From positions 188,179 through 252,178 of the forward strand of contig MU004184.1 of assembly GCA_010093605.1 (NCBI GenBank): 64,000 bases of DNA, in the 5' to 3' direction. The notes beneath the pieces were generated by a model that saw only the letters and a list, made by a program, of their open reading frames with translations, made no database searches and had not been told where the DNA came from. The stretch comes from Lophium mytilinum. Its lineage: Eukaryota. Shown here piece by piece: positions 12,943 through 25,762 of this stretch. Numbering within the stretch: the stretch's first letter is position 1; each line of letters opens with the position of its first letter. Made by a program: the position numbers and the translations under genes.

Positions 12943-13899
12943 TGTGTCGGAGGCTTAATCAATGCTTAGTTCCTGTCGATCATCCTGCTTTCATTGGATG
13001 AGCAAAGTTCGCTTACGAAAACAACATCTGCTCCGGGGATGTTGATGCTGGTATGCTGGGCTCATGCACTATCATTACTAAATGCAACAAGTGTTATCTC
13101 ACCCAAGGGATTTCATAGTAATATTTCTAATTTTTAGGATCGGATGAGTGGAGAAAGGTACAAGACAACTCTGATGCTCACAGCCACACTTTCACATTGC
13201 GCAAAGACGTTGAGACTCTCGCTAGGTACGTCACGTCACGCTCTACCCACATCGACCATTCCTGCAAAGCCCCCGACTGATCCAGTGTTACAGCGCGGCT
13301 CATTTCCGCTGCCTCTCCATCGTCTGATCCCAAATTCCCCTCTCGCACCCCAGCAGCATCTTCCCGGCGAGACCCACACTGCTCTTAAAGACAAAACGAA
13401 TAACAATGTGGGCAAAATGATCAAGTACACTGGCGGCGAAGGCATCGATAGGTTAGGAAGGATAGTAGGAAGACCTGGCAAGACCGTGTACCATGCTCTG
13501 TCACAGAGTGCCACTTCCCGTCTCTGCTCATTGCCTTTTCTCCAACCCGTTCGCATCCATCTTCCCTCCCTCCTTAGCCCGTGGGTTCTCTTCTGCCACA
13601 TATCACCTCCAGTCTGGCTCCGGTAACCGTGGCAGAATTCCTTCACGAGCCTGTCGGGGTAGCCAGAGCCTAGAGCGATGCCGCCATCTCTTCTCGAGCC
13701 TGGCTGGCAATGAATTCTCCAAATTGACCACAGTGCTAGAATGGGCCTGGGAAGCCTGCTCCACGGAGGCGGATGCAGTGGCACTGGACCCGTACGGCCT
13801 TGGTGGATGTGGCCCGCCCGAGGAAAGGCTTAGGCGGTAGGTTATTCGACTCATACAAACTCAGGTGAATGTCTGGTATGCGATTCATCAATTTCAGTT

Positions 13900-15300
13900 A
13901 ATTCGTCTTCTTCTCGCCTCCTTCACTCTTATTTGCTGTATCTTCCACGTCGGCTTAGCTGCCTACGACTTAGCTTCACCTATGGCGCTGTCATTGGACT
14001 ATGCGCAAAAGCCAAGAGCAAGGCCGCCGTCTTTTCCGAGACGTGCTGTCCGTGTATCTGAATCAACCACGGCGCTTGCACATGGCCCACGAGAGCGGAT
14101 GCTGTGGCGCTGGAACGGCTTTTCGGGATTGTTGTCGCCGGCAGGTATATTTGGCTCATACAAATCTAAAACCCTCTCAATGGCTATTATTCGATACTAA
14201 TCCATTTTCCTTCTGGGCCATCTTCAAGCATCATGCAACACAGCTTTCCCCCTCAGCCTAGCTACCCACGTCTCGCCTTTCACCCATGGACAAACCATTT
14301 GATATGGGCACGAGCCTAGATCATGGTCGCTACTTCGCCGGAGTGAGCTGGCTATGGGTTCCACACTGAGAATGGCGCTAGAAGAATGGAATGTCTCTGT
14401 TGAGCAAGGCAGTAAATGTATCCGGGTCTCATCTCCCCATGGACTCGATCAATCGAGCGGTACTGTAGCCGTACGGCCTGGGAGAAGGTGGCGCGCCACT
14501 GGAAAGGCTTCGGCGGCAGGGCTGTTTTGCGCTTGCATCCCTAGGTATTCCTTCGTCATTATTGCAGTATCATGCTAACCCTCATGCAGCTCCGATTATC
14601 TCCCGTGGTTGCCTTCACCCCATTCCGCGAGCACCTTTGATGCTTACACCAACGCCTCTATATTGGTTTCTCTCTACGACGGCGCCACTGCCTGCGGCAT
14701 GGTCTCCTCGCGAGCTTGTCGTATGCAGGCTGAGCCAAGATCAAAACCGTCGCCGTCCCTTCGGGGACTGGAAGATAACCGCGACGCTGAACGGGACCCA
14801 ACGCTAGAAAAATGACATTGGTAGTGGCTTAACCAATGATCGGCATCAGGGGGGTGCTGGTGCAGTGGCGTCGTGATCGCAAGGTGAACGCAGCAAATGT
14901 GTACTTTGCGGATGGTTGTTCAGCTCGTAAATCCCTCCTCGGGTATCGATATTTCGCAATATACGATTTTCATTTTCTCTTTTCGCCCCGCTTCCCTTCT
15001 GCTCCCTCTGTTTTTCACTCGGTGACGTGAATGCTATTCTTACGGCTCCCCCGCCTACGACTTGAACTTCTCGCGAGCTTGTCGTATGGGGGCTGCATAC
15101 TGCAGCGAGGCCCAATATCGAAACCATCGCCGATTCTTCGGGCATAACTAATAACCGCGCACCCCAGCTAGCCCGGCTAAACAGGCACTGCCCTTTTTGT
15201 GCTGGGGGCGTTGGCTCACTAACGCTAGGAGTCTTGCACCTAGACGGTTGGTTGCTGGGTCGTACATCTTCTTCGGTGTATCAAGTTTATAGCAATTTGA
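13900..15300. repeat. Diverged tandem repeat, about 4 units of ~364 bp
   Basis: GCGAGCTTGTCGTATG at 14710 and 15073. CCTACGACTT at 13962 and 15054 (3 x 364). Weaker copy near 14343. Confidence 0.65.
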
Positions 15301-16699
15301 ATGCTCGATTCTCGGATTACATTTTCTTCTGCTTCCAGTGTGACTCGCATCTCGATATTGATAAGTGATCTACGACTACGCAGCGTCCAGACTCTGCGGC
15401 TCTCGATATGGCTTCCCCGTGAACTTGCTTAGGGTCAAAGGCTGTCGTGAAGCAGACCAATACGATCGTTTCTCTACGAGGTTCACAACAAATGACCACG
15501 CCAGAATAATAACTTCAAGAACACACCAGCAGACTGGAACGATACGTCATGAATGGCTTTGTTTTGGCGCACAAGGTGTCTGGCTCGCTCATCTATAGGA
15601 AGCATCCGCGCATATTATTATTAAACTATTTCCTCACAGCCTTCTGCACTCTTGCGATGGGTGAGCATTGGACTCTGCGGTGTACTTGGTGATATTCTTA
15701 AGATTCCTTTACCAACTAACGACCCGTGAGGTCCAGACCGAAGGCTGGAGGCAAAGGGCGGGCAAGGACAGCGATGGGTGAAGGGATGGAGACTTTTACA
15801 TTCATTCCCTGTACGACACCAGCAGGGATGGCTGGACGTGTTTGGACAGAGTATGAGCTAGACAATTTAGCCGATCACTTTTTACGCAAAGCAACGACCA
15901 ACCCTCTACTCAGACGCTCAGACTCGCTGCTACGCAGGCACTGCCGCCATGGAGTCGTAGAAGAATCTCAGGCTTACAGTCCGAAGACGTGAAGCTTTCG
16001 TCTCGAAGAAACCGGAGGCAGTTCCTCTTAGCTATGCTCTCGACAACGCGATCACAAGGACGGCCACGCAGAAAGGCAGCTAAGCAAGCGCTCAGTGTAC
16101 AGAAGACGCATATCTCAAAGTTCGAAGAGTAAGAACATGATCAACATTGTAATTATCACTGTGCGAATCTATCTAAGAATGGAAATGTATGAGCCAGACT
16201 CCACCCAGTCAACGGCCGTCACAGCAACAAGCCGTGATCCGTGATTCCGTTGTGGAGTGGTCTAATCTGCCACTCACCCGTCACCGACCCCCCGGGGGAA
16301 TGAGTAACCCTCGGGGCACCATGCGACGTAGCCACCATTCCCGCAAGAAGTGGCGGCTTTCGATCTAGGCTTCTGGTATATACGACAAGCTCGCGAGGAG
16401 GCCAAGTCGTGCTCTATCAAGCCGGAGTAAAAGCACAATGAGAGGCGTAATTGATACAATCATAAGAAAGAGGGCAGATGAATTGATGTAGGTTAGAGAA
16501 GACGTGTTACTTACTTGAGCATGATGAGAAGATGTATGAGCCAAAGATCTGAATGTGCCGAGAAGATTAGACAAGTCACTATGCAAAGAAAGAAGAGTCC
16601 GTTTCCAGATGTCGCAAAAGCAGCAGACCGCGCAGTTCAAATTGTGAGGCAGAGGGTGCGCGCGCGGAGCTACCATCCAGATCTTCCAGCCGACGTCCT

Positions 16700-16948
16700 C
16701 TACTCCTCTGTGCCCTCCTCGGTGCCAATATTCGGGTCGATGTTCTCCTTGTCCGCCACCTCCGGCGGGCCCCTGGCGTCCCTCAGCCTGACACCCAGGC
16801 GAATCCTCTCCCGCGCCTTGTCCTCCCCGTTCCTCATGAACGCGCTGATCTCGCCGAACGCAGGGTCCTCTTTGATCTCGAACTTCCAGCCCTTGGGCGT
16901 GTACTCCTCCGGCTCTAGGGTCTTCACGGTCCACCGGTACTTCGACAT
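16700..16948 (-). CDS. Small hypothetical protein (82 aa)
   Basis: ATG-to-stop ORF with strong GC3 bias. Probable 5'-UTR intron (GTAAG donor at 17136). Confidence 0.55.
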   Translation of the reverse strand: MSKYRWTVKTLEPEEYTPKGWKFEIKEDPAFGEISAFMRNGEDKARERIRLGVRLRDARGPPEVADKENIDPNIGTEEGTEE

Positions 16949-17439
16949 GGCTCGTAGGGCGGCGCGGTTGTGGTGGAGGTTTTGGCGCTGGCGGCTGGTG
17001 TCGGTGGTGTGGGAGGAAGTGGTGGTGATGAGATGGATATGGAGGGTGGTTCAAAACGCAGTTGTACTGGTAGTTGTGATCTAAGATACTAGTATTAACA
17101 TTGGACGCAACATTGTGAGGTGATTCCAAAACTTACCGTGATCGCGAGCTGTGTTGCTGGAGAGTTGAGGTTTTGGCCCGGGGCTCGATAAAAGAAGGAG
17201 TGGGCGCTTTAGCCGTGCCCCCCTCACTTCACTCGTAGATGCCGCAGATATTGAGTCATATGAGCCTTGAAATTCTTCACTGTTGGCCGCACTATGGAGG
17301 CTCCGAAGATCTGGAAGAATCTACGGCGGGAAAATGATAGCAACCCCATTCACGGCCTGCACGCAACTCAGCCTTGAAGAGGGCTAGATATAGGACGGAT
17401 ATAGATACATGCTGCTACCGGCTACTATGATATGCCATG

Positions 17440-18000
17440 ACTTTGGGGTCCCACTGATATAGCGCTGCCTACGCTCTTCTCATGCTCGTTTGACACCACT
17501 GTAAAGAGTACCCCAGTCAAGAGGTTCTTCATCAGTCAAAAGCATGTGTGTGGAGTAAAAAAAGCCCACAGGTGCACCCCTCACAGTGGTAAAGTAGAGT
17601 AGAGGTGGCGGTGCAACGACAGTCTAATATCCAATGTATATGTCGTCTCTTCAGATCTAGTAATCCAGATATCTATTAGTCCTAATTGGATGCGGTCAGG
17701 ACTTCCACTTTGCCGTCTTGACACCACCGCAGGGGGGACCCCAGCTAAAAGCTTCCTAGGCTGTCAGAAGTAACATATTTGGAGTTTGGAAAGCCCACAG
17801 GTACACCCCAGGCGGTGGCAAAAAAGAGTACAGGTGGCAAGTTAAAAGATAGTTCAACATGTAATGCATATGTCAATTCATCGTGTCCAGTGCCCGAGAC
17901 ACCCAGTAGTTATGAACTAGTTCGACGGGACTTCTACTTCGTTAACTTGCCACCACAGTCTGGAGAATCCCAGATATGAAGCCATCAGCAGCTCAAGCCT
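17440..18000. repeat. Diverged ~229-bp tandem array (2.5-3 units) with internal inverted arms
   Basis: TTG(A)CACCAC-like anchors at 17490, 17718 and 17947. AAAGCCCACAGGT at 17561 and 17790. Confidence 0.85.
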
Positions 18001-18570
18001 TGATCTATCATGCAATGTATATGTATTTACGTTGTTTCAGAGTCTGGAAAACCGTTCGGCGATGAATCAACATACTCGGGCCACTCTCTTGTCGTCCCGA
18101 TACTAGTGTAAGGGGGGATCTCGGCCACCGAGTTCTCATTCGTCCAAAAGGATTGTATCCGAAGATAGGAAAGCCTGTAGGTACACATGCAGTGGTAATG
18201 ATATTGCAGAAGCAATGCAGTCGATAGCCGGAAATGCAAGGCATCCGACTTTTCATCGTTGTCCGAGTCTTAGAAATTAATTCTTCACGAATAGAAGTAC
18301 TCGGTGTCCTCTTTTGCTGTCCAAATAGCAGTGTAGGGAGGCCGCCAGCCAACATTTTCTCGGCCAGTCAAAGAAATCGCATTGGAGAATACAAACCTGG
18401 AAGGTCCACCCCATGCAGTGGTATTTGAAGTGCAAAGATGAAAGGTTTGGTAGTAAAAATCGCATTGCGTTCGCCTCTTCATCGTTATCCATGTCTGAAA
18501 ATCGTAATACCTATCAAGAAGAGTACTTACATAGCCCATTTGACGTCTCGATACCAGGGTACGAAGACTA

Positions 18571-19507
18571 CTAGGCACACTCACCAACAGACCCCTCCTG
18601 TTCGGTAAAACTGCACGAACAGTTATCTCCTCTCCAATCCCAAGCCTTGCTCACCACCCGTGTCTGCAGACCTCGCCCTGTAAACTTCTTCTGCATCCAT
18701 TCCACCACGTTGCTCGAGATATATTTACCCCAGCTGATCCGCCGAACAGGGCGTCCCTTTTTCATATCCTCTCTCTCTCCCCACTCTCTGAACCTCACGG
18801 GCTCGTAAAGCAGGCGTACCTCTTTCAAGCTACGGCACTCGAACAGCCCCTTGATATCGAAATCATCCATCGTCTCATTGCAGTCGCGCCGAACATCTAT
18901 ATCACCGACATTGATCTGGGCTAGGACGCAGCAATTGGTCTCGCGTAGGTCGAGCGTGAGAGACTCAAGCTGCAAGCAGCGCGCAAGGAACTTAAAATCA
19001 GTGTTGACCCCTGTCGGACGACACGCATAGTTCATGGCGAGCCACCTGTTATAATCCCACCTCCACGAAGGTGAACGTGGCGGATGGCGTTAAATGCAGC
19101 GTTGATAGGAACGATATCGAGGTATCTGGTTAGGGCGATGATGTCGCTAGGGCTATCGTTCAGCACCAGAGTGAGTCTGCGGACGACGTGGGATGTCGCT
19201 TCCTCTAGCAGTTGCTTGGAGACGGTGCACAGGGGCGGGAAGTGGTCCGCAACTTCGCCCCTAACGAGGTCGATTTTTAGCATGGGCTGCTCGTCCGATA
19301 TGCTATTGCTGGCTGCGGCGATGGAGACGGTGCAGTCGTTGTTTTGGTTGCTGACGGCATTTGGTTCCTCTACTACGGGCAGAGCGAGGACGTAGACAAT
19401 CTCCCGGATCTCGCGTGGAAGGCAGAGGAGGGAGGGCTGCGATGGGGGGTTAGCGGTGTGCGGAATGAGGGAGGCTGGCGAGCACCTACTTGGTTTCTGG
19501 TGCTCAT
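18571..19507 (-). pseudogene. F-box-like (LPxEIRxxIY) hypothetical protein with one frameshift
   Basis: Exon 1 19507-19490 (MSTRNQ), intron 19489-19437 (GTAGGT..GCTAAC..CAG), then PSLLCLPREIREIVYVLAL. The frame switches near 19060 into ORF 18571-19035. Could be a sequencing indel. Confidence 0.65.
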
Positions 19508-21039
19508 GACGAGCTAGTAGACTGCTGGGATAAAGTCGAGGAACGGGAACGAATTACAAGGGTGTTGGGAAGGGGTGTTGTGGTTGATAGTGGGGGATTG
19601 TGGTGCTTAGGAGGCGTGTAAGACCGAGTGCAAAGGATAAGACGTTGGGCCAACGGTTGAAGGGTCTTTACATATGGGCGCCGCGATAGACTAACTCATG
19701 TTGGGTGAATGTCACACTGGCTGATTGGACCTGGCAAATCACTGGCATATGAGCCAGGAGCGAGTATAAATTTCTTGCAGATCCAACTAAACATGGACTG
19801 CGGTAGACTAGATTGACAATATGAATTAGGAGCATCAAAACGAGCCGGGTCGAGGATGATGATCGTGTGAGCGCCGGGAGGTGGCTTCGGTCTCGCAAAA
19901 GTTGGGGTTGGCAACCTTGATGGGAGTGGAGGCTCTGGTCCGGCAACCTTGTATGGCGGTGATAACTACCTTGTTCTAAAAATGTACACTTATTACAAAG
20001 CTAGAGGATTCGGAGATTGAAGAATAGTATTGATCTAGGAAGCACATAAGAAGCTTTAAATATATATGTTTGAGCCAAACAGTCCCAGCAGGTCCCTTGT
20101 TGAACGTCACCCCCGAAAAAACGGGTCGACTACGGTAGAAAGAGAACCCCCCATACCGCTCTAAGCCCATGCTACAACACCATTGCAGAGCCAACACCCA
20201 TCGTTCCTAACAGAAGTAGGCAACGTGAAATGCCATTGTTCTAGCGTTGTGCGCTCTGTTTGTAACAACTCATGGCATCGCTACACCCGAAGGATAGCAA
20301 TATTTTGCTCTTGGCCAGGCTCTCTACAACGGGCTCGCGAGGAGATCAAGTTGCTTGTAAATGGCCGATGTGATATCATGATCTGAGATGAGGGATGAGG
20401 TGGTAGGATGAAGAAGAGAATAGGGATAAGGATGGGTTGGTTCGGCATCGAGGTGAAGCAAATGCGGGGAGAGAAATGCCAGGCGCACAATGAGACAACA
20501 ATGCAGAGATGGAAGGTAGGAGCTTAGAAGAAGATGGAATTGAACTACCTCGTACATACGAAAATGTCAACCTAGACGTTCGGAGCAAGGACATTGACGT
20601 TGCAGAACCCGCGTTATAGTCCGGCTTGTTGATCTTGGCTGAGTTTGACCAAGCCTGCCATGGAATAGCAGACCGGTGTCTACTCAGCCGACAGTGTGTG
20701 ATACATGAGCAATCCCAAAGGCGTTGCTGTGTACCATGGTGTTATCGTGACAATCGTAGTGTCAAGGTAGGTGGGATCGAGTTGGGGAGGAACCGGCGTA
20801 GACGGACGAGGTATTCGAGGACGAGCCATGCCATGGAAGTGCACCCCGGAGTAGTCAGTAGCATAAGGGATGCTGCTAGTCGATCAAATTGAATATTAAC
20901 TAAAAGGAGGGCTAATCCTCTGTGGATGGTTAGCCTCGATGAATATTTTGCGGTGGATGAGCATACCACTTATCAAGTCCGACGCCGTACTCCAGTGTCA
21001 CTAAGCTAGGCAGCATTACACGCTTCCCGATGAGCACCA

Positions 21040-21450
21040 GCAACGCCTATGCCGTATTCGGCAGTCCTGAACTGACGTCCTGCCGCTGTCTGCTGCTTCA
21101 GCAGCTTCTGCTCGTGGGTGTCGAAGTAGCAAATCTGAATGAGGTGCTCTTCGCCCCGGGCTTCGACACCGGGGTGTTGTTGAAGTTGCGAATGATTTCC
21201 TCGCAGATCTCGCGGGTCTCGAACCTGTTATAAGCGTGTCAGATGAGCACAAAACTTGGATCCATAAGAGGAGGAGACGTACTGAGCGAAGCATACAACC
21301 ATTGCCGACGACATCACGAAGAATCACGCTTAGCCCGACCTTGTGTGGAGAGAAAATCGAACCGAGCGAAGCCAGCACCATGTCCGATGCCGCTGCTGTC
21401 ACGGAGGAGTCTGCTCGAGCAGACTTTGTGTGGAGAGAAGATCCCCATAT
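21040..21450 (-). pseudogene. MSSP/Spo5-like RRM2 fragments (tandem partial copies)
   Basis: First copy reads IFSPHKVCSSRLLRDSSGIGHGAGFARF. Second reads IFSPHKVGLSVILRDVVGNG..FA, intron 21282-21225, then FETREICEEIIRNFNNTPVSKPG/EEHLIQICYFDTHEQKLLKQQTAAGRQFRTAEY. Frameshifted. Confidence 0.85.
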
Positions 21451-22009
21451 TTCCCCTATTGCGACGTAAGCAAATGTAAAAGATGGAACAAGGATGGATG
21501 CTGCGTACTTTCTGGGTTCGTCAATCTTCACATCAATCTGAAAGGCTATGCTGCACGTGCCATCCTTCTGCTTCTCTAGTACCTCAACGTGGCTGGAGAC
21601 GACGGACGTAGAGGTGACGGAAACAGCCCTAGGCAGCTGGATCACAACGCTGGTGACGAGGATGGTGGTCTTGCCATAGGCACAGCGGGTAGGAGGGGGG
21701 TCCTAGGGGCTGTTAATCGTGATGATGCAACAAGTGAGGCGGAATAGGCTTACGTGGACTACGGAGTTCTTCGCGAACCAGAGTGGAGGGGGGAGCCATG
21801 GGCAAGGTCGTTGACGGGCCGAGACGCTCTGTGCGTCGTAGATTGGGTGCTCAATCCAGAACTCCATGATAGGCGGAGGCGATGTGGATGAGGAGGAGCG
21901 TGGAGGGGGAAGCTCAGCAAACGCGTCGTAGTAGTAAAAGGACGCAAAACTCGCTAACACTAGCGCGTTTTCACCACATTTACGTCACTGAACACGAAGT
22001 GGCAGTACA

Positions 22010-23040
22010 GTTTGAAGCCGTCTGAGGTGGCCTAGGGAGCTTTTGGGCTTGCGAGAACAGTCGTTTTTACGCATTTGATGCTGTGTCAGAGAACCTCAAG
22101 CGGTGTCAAACGAGGTGTAGTTCATACTAGGAAGGGCGTGTACTAAATGTAGCAGTAGTTTCATAATAAAGTCATTCATTCGACGACGGCACACTACAAC
22201 GAGCCCTAGCTAGTCCCGTTTGAGACCGTCTGAGCTGGCCTAGTAAGCCTTTGCGCTTGCCAAAACTGTCAATTTCATGCATTTGATGCAGTGTCAGGGG
22301 ACCTTAAGCGGTGTCAGACAATTGTACTTCATACTACAATAGCCGTGTACTGAATGCATCGGAAGTTCTATGATACAATTAGTAATTCGCTGACGGCACG
22401 TCACCACGAGCCCCGGCTAGTCCCGTTTGACGCTGGTTGAGGCGGTCCACAGTGCTATTGGTCTTGCGGAAATATTCGTTTTCAAGCTTTTCATACAGCA
22501 TCAGGGGACCTCAAGCGGTACTAAACTAGTGTGCATCATAGTACGATAGGCGGGTGTTGAATGTACGGGAAATTATACAGCATAAGCAATAGTTTGCAGG
22601 TGAAACTTTGTATGACGAACCCTGGCTAGTCCTGTTTGACGCTGTCTGGGTTGGCCCAGAGAGTTATTGCGATTGACAAAGCCGTTCTTTATAAGGTTTT
22701 GGTACCAAATCAGAGGACCTTACGCGGCGCCAGGCAAGTATACCTCATCCCAGAGTCGGTTCATACTTAAGTATTGAATTTGAAGAACGCAATCATAACT
22801 TCATAAACTGCCACGTTTTATTCAAGCACACTTAATTAGCATTGTTTAATCCCGTTAAAGGTGGCCCAGAGAACTATTGGGTGTAGCCAAACTGACGTTT
22901 TCAAGCTTTTGATACCGTATCAGGCCATTTCATGCAGTGTTAAACAAGTCTGCATATCTCTTGAACAGGTGTGTATCAAAAGTCTCTAAGGTTTTGAAAT
23001 ATCGTCAATGATGTGTTGAATGCTACTTCTTGTTTTGACA
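22010..23040. repeat. Diverged ~208-bp tandem array (5 units), units with an internal ~19-bp inverted repeat
   Basis: GTTTRA unit starts at 22010, 22218, 22425, 22634 and 22844. In unit 1, arms 22010-22028 and 22093-22111 match 15/19 as reverse complements. Confidence 0.9.
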
Positions 23041-24886
23041 GCCTCCCGCGCCGACCAGGGAAGAAATGGTTTACCCCTCAAGAACTCCGTCCTGTGTAGC
23101 CGTTGGCACATCGGCGTGCCGGGACTTGAAGTGCTTCAATGAGACATCACCTGGCCCCAGTTGAAAAGGCTTTGTCTTGTTGAGGCTCCCGAAATTGCGT
23201 TGCAGCTCCGCCAAGCAGTGGTGCACACGCGGACACACTTCCGGCAGCTTGTTTTAGAAATTAGAGTGCCACCATTTTTATGCCCACATTGACTCCTCCG
23301 CTTCTTGAAAATTTTTATGTCACCGGAGATGACAGCACAGTATAGGTCTCGGCTTCGAGGTCTTGAATTTTTACGATCTCCGCTCTCTGACCGTCCCAAT
23401 CAAAACAGCAGGACCGCAAGTCCAGTATCCACCACGACGGCCACATAGACGCGCGGAGACAACTCCAAAGACCACGTAAGTATCTTAATTACTCCGTCCC
23501 TAACGCGGCAGCATCTCCTCATCATCAGCAGTCTCCTCATCTGAGCCCACCGGGCCGCCCTTTCGATCCCCTGCGTACCGCGACTCGACCCTCCCAGCGC
23601 CAATACACCGCGACACTGGCTCTGATTTGCATAACCTGACGTCGCACCTGGTGTACGAGCTCTGGCATTGAGTACAGGCCAGCGTATAAGCGATATGCCG
23701 AACCCGTCCTCGCGCTCTTTGCTTGCTTCCCCAGCTTCAAGACCAATGCCCGCGGCACCACTCTATCGGCCAACGTGCACGGGGCGAGCTTCCTGGTGGC
23801 GGCTCTTCCACGCTTCCGGAGGACTGTGTATGTAAAAGCTAACAAGCAGTAGCCGCGTGCTGAATTTAACCTAGAGGCCAACCTTGAGCAACATAGACAC
23901 GAGAAGGAGGAGACGGTGCTGGTGATACGGCGGCATCCGGGGACGTTTGCTGCTTCAGATGCAATTTGGAGGCAGCAACATGGCTGCGGAGCGTGTGGCG
24001 GGGAGCGAGGCAGTGGTGTGAATGGTATTTTGAGTAAGTTTGGGCGAGAGCAGACGAGGCGTCGGCTCATTTGGTCCCACAAGGCAGAAGGATGTCCCTT
24101 CCATGTAACGCCGACGCGTATACTTTACCCCCTGGCGTATGGGTAGTAGGTGGGTAAAGCTTGAACAAAGGACGGCTTTGGGAACCTCGACTGATTATAG
24201 GTCGACTGGGATAGGAAGCTAACCTTCCAATACCATTTTGAAGCGCATATCATCTTCTGGAGAATTCAGGGATCTGGCTGAGGTGACTCGATATACAACT
24301 CTTCGAGGCGGAGTCATTTGGGGATTGACAATGTTCTTTCTTCAGTCCATTTTCTGGAAAGATTTCAAATGCAAGCCGCAGTCTATGTCCTCATGAATCT
24401 TCACAGCATTACAACATGGACTAGAGCGTGGAAGTGTATTCTATGAGAGCTTGACACTTTTAATTGTGGTGACCTCTATATAGCTGCAATTAATGGAAAC
24501 ATGGTGTAAGAGCACGAAAGGGGTACACTCGCCGAATGGAGCCTTGGTCCGTTGCCAGCCTGCTAAAGTTGCACGAGGCTGTTCATTTATACGAAGAAGT
24601 CACGAAAGCAATCTTAAAGGTCGCGTAACATAAATCACGAGTTACTAGGACGGGAGCTTGTAGTTTCAAGAGATAAAACTGTGGTAGTTTAGATTGACTA
24701 TGCGATGGCGCCGCCTTGGGTACCTAGATGGGACGTTAAGGGACTTAAGGGGAACATGGAGCTCATTCAGTCAACGCTCGGAGATCGACTTGGGTATTGA
24801 ACATCCCGCCTACCAGCCCCTCGGATTGCCTCAATAAAGAAGACATAATGCGTTTGCAGAGATACAATCAAACGCCTCCAGAAAAC

Positions 24887-25762
24887 CTACTCCTTCTTCT
24901 CCTCCCACTTCCTGATAGTCCCCAACAACGCCTCCTTCAGTGGGACCTCCTTCTCCAACTCACCATAAATCTCATGCCAAAGCGCCTTATCCTGGGCCGC
25001 TCGCCACTTCTTCCGCTCGTCGCTCATCCCCTTCTCTGCCCCCATATCTCTACGGATCTTGTCCTGCCGCTGCAACTCAACCAGAATACCTGTGATGTCA
25101 GTGAGACTGCGCGTAGCAATTCGCAGCTGATTCGTGACTTCTGCAAAGATAGTCCCAAGACGCTCTTTGTCAGATGGAGTCTTACCGTCTTCGTTGCGGA
25201 CGATGGACTTCAGCGCCGCGTTGGCCATCCGCAGCTCGCCGAGGTAGAGCTCGCGGATCTTGAGGACGTGGGGAAGAGGCGGGGGGTGGAGGACGCAGCG
25301 GATCGTGAAGCGCTCGATGGGGTTGGGGGTGCGCAGGAGAGCGCGCTGGGTCGCGTCGCTCAGGTCTTGGTAACGAGGCTCGAGCTTGTCGTAGCCAGAG
25401 ATGAGGTTGTTGCAGCTCTCGCGTAAGTTGATGTAGGTATGCATGTTGGGGTAGTCGGGGGTGCCATCGGCGTTGATGATCTTCGGCTGGCCTGGGAAGT
25501 CTTTGGGCTTGTCTTTGGTTGGATGGGACTGGGGACGTGGATGGGGTCGCTCAGGATGGGAATCTTCGCGAGCTTTAGGGCGATGAGAGGGGCGCCGGAA
25601 CTCACCCTTGCGCTCATGTTGCTCTCGGTGAGAATGGTCTCCACCTTTGCCCTTTTTGAATTTATGCTCTACGCCATCGATGATTTCTTCGATAGGGTAT
25701 TGTCGAGAGGCGCGCTCGTGGTCGCCCTTTTGGGAACCGTGCCGATGGGTGTTCAAAGGCAT
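24887..25762 (-). CDS. Hypothetical protein (291 aa): low-complexity N-terminus, helical C-terminus
   Basis: Uninterrupted ATG-to-stop ORF with coding-like codon bias. No family recognised. Confidence 0.7.
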   Translation of the reverse strand: MPLNTHRHGSQKGDHERASRQYPIEEIIDGVEHKFKKGKGGDHSHREQHERKGEFRRPSHRPKAREDSHPERPHPRPQSHPTKDKPKDFPGQPKIINADGTPDYPNMHTYINLRESCNNLISGYDKLEPRYQDLSDATQRALLRTPNPIERFTIRCVLHPPPLPHVLKIRELYLGELRMANAALKSIVRNEDGKTPSDKERLGTIFAEVTNQLRIATRSLTDITGILVELQRQDKIRRDMGAEKGMSDERKKWRAAQDKALWHEIYGELEKEVPLKEALLGTIRKWEEKKE

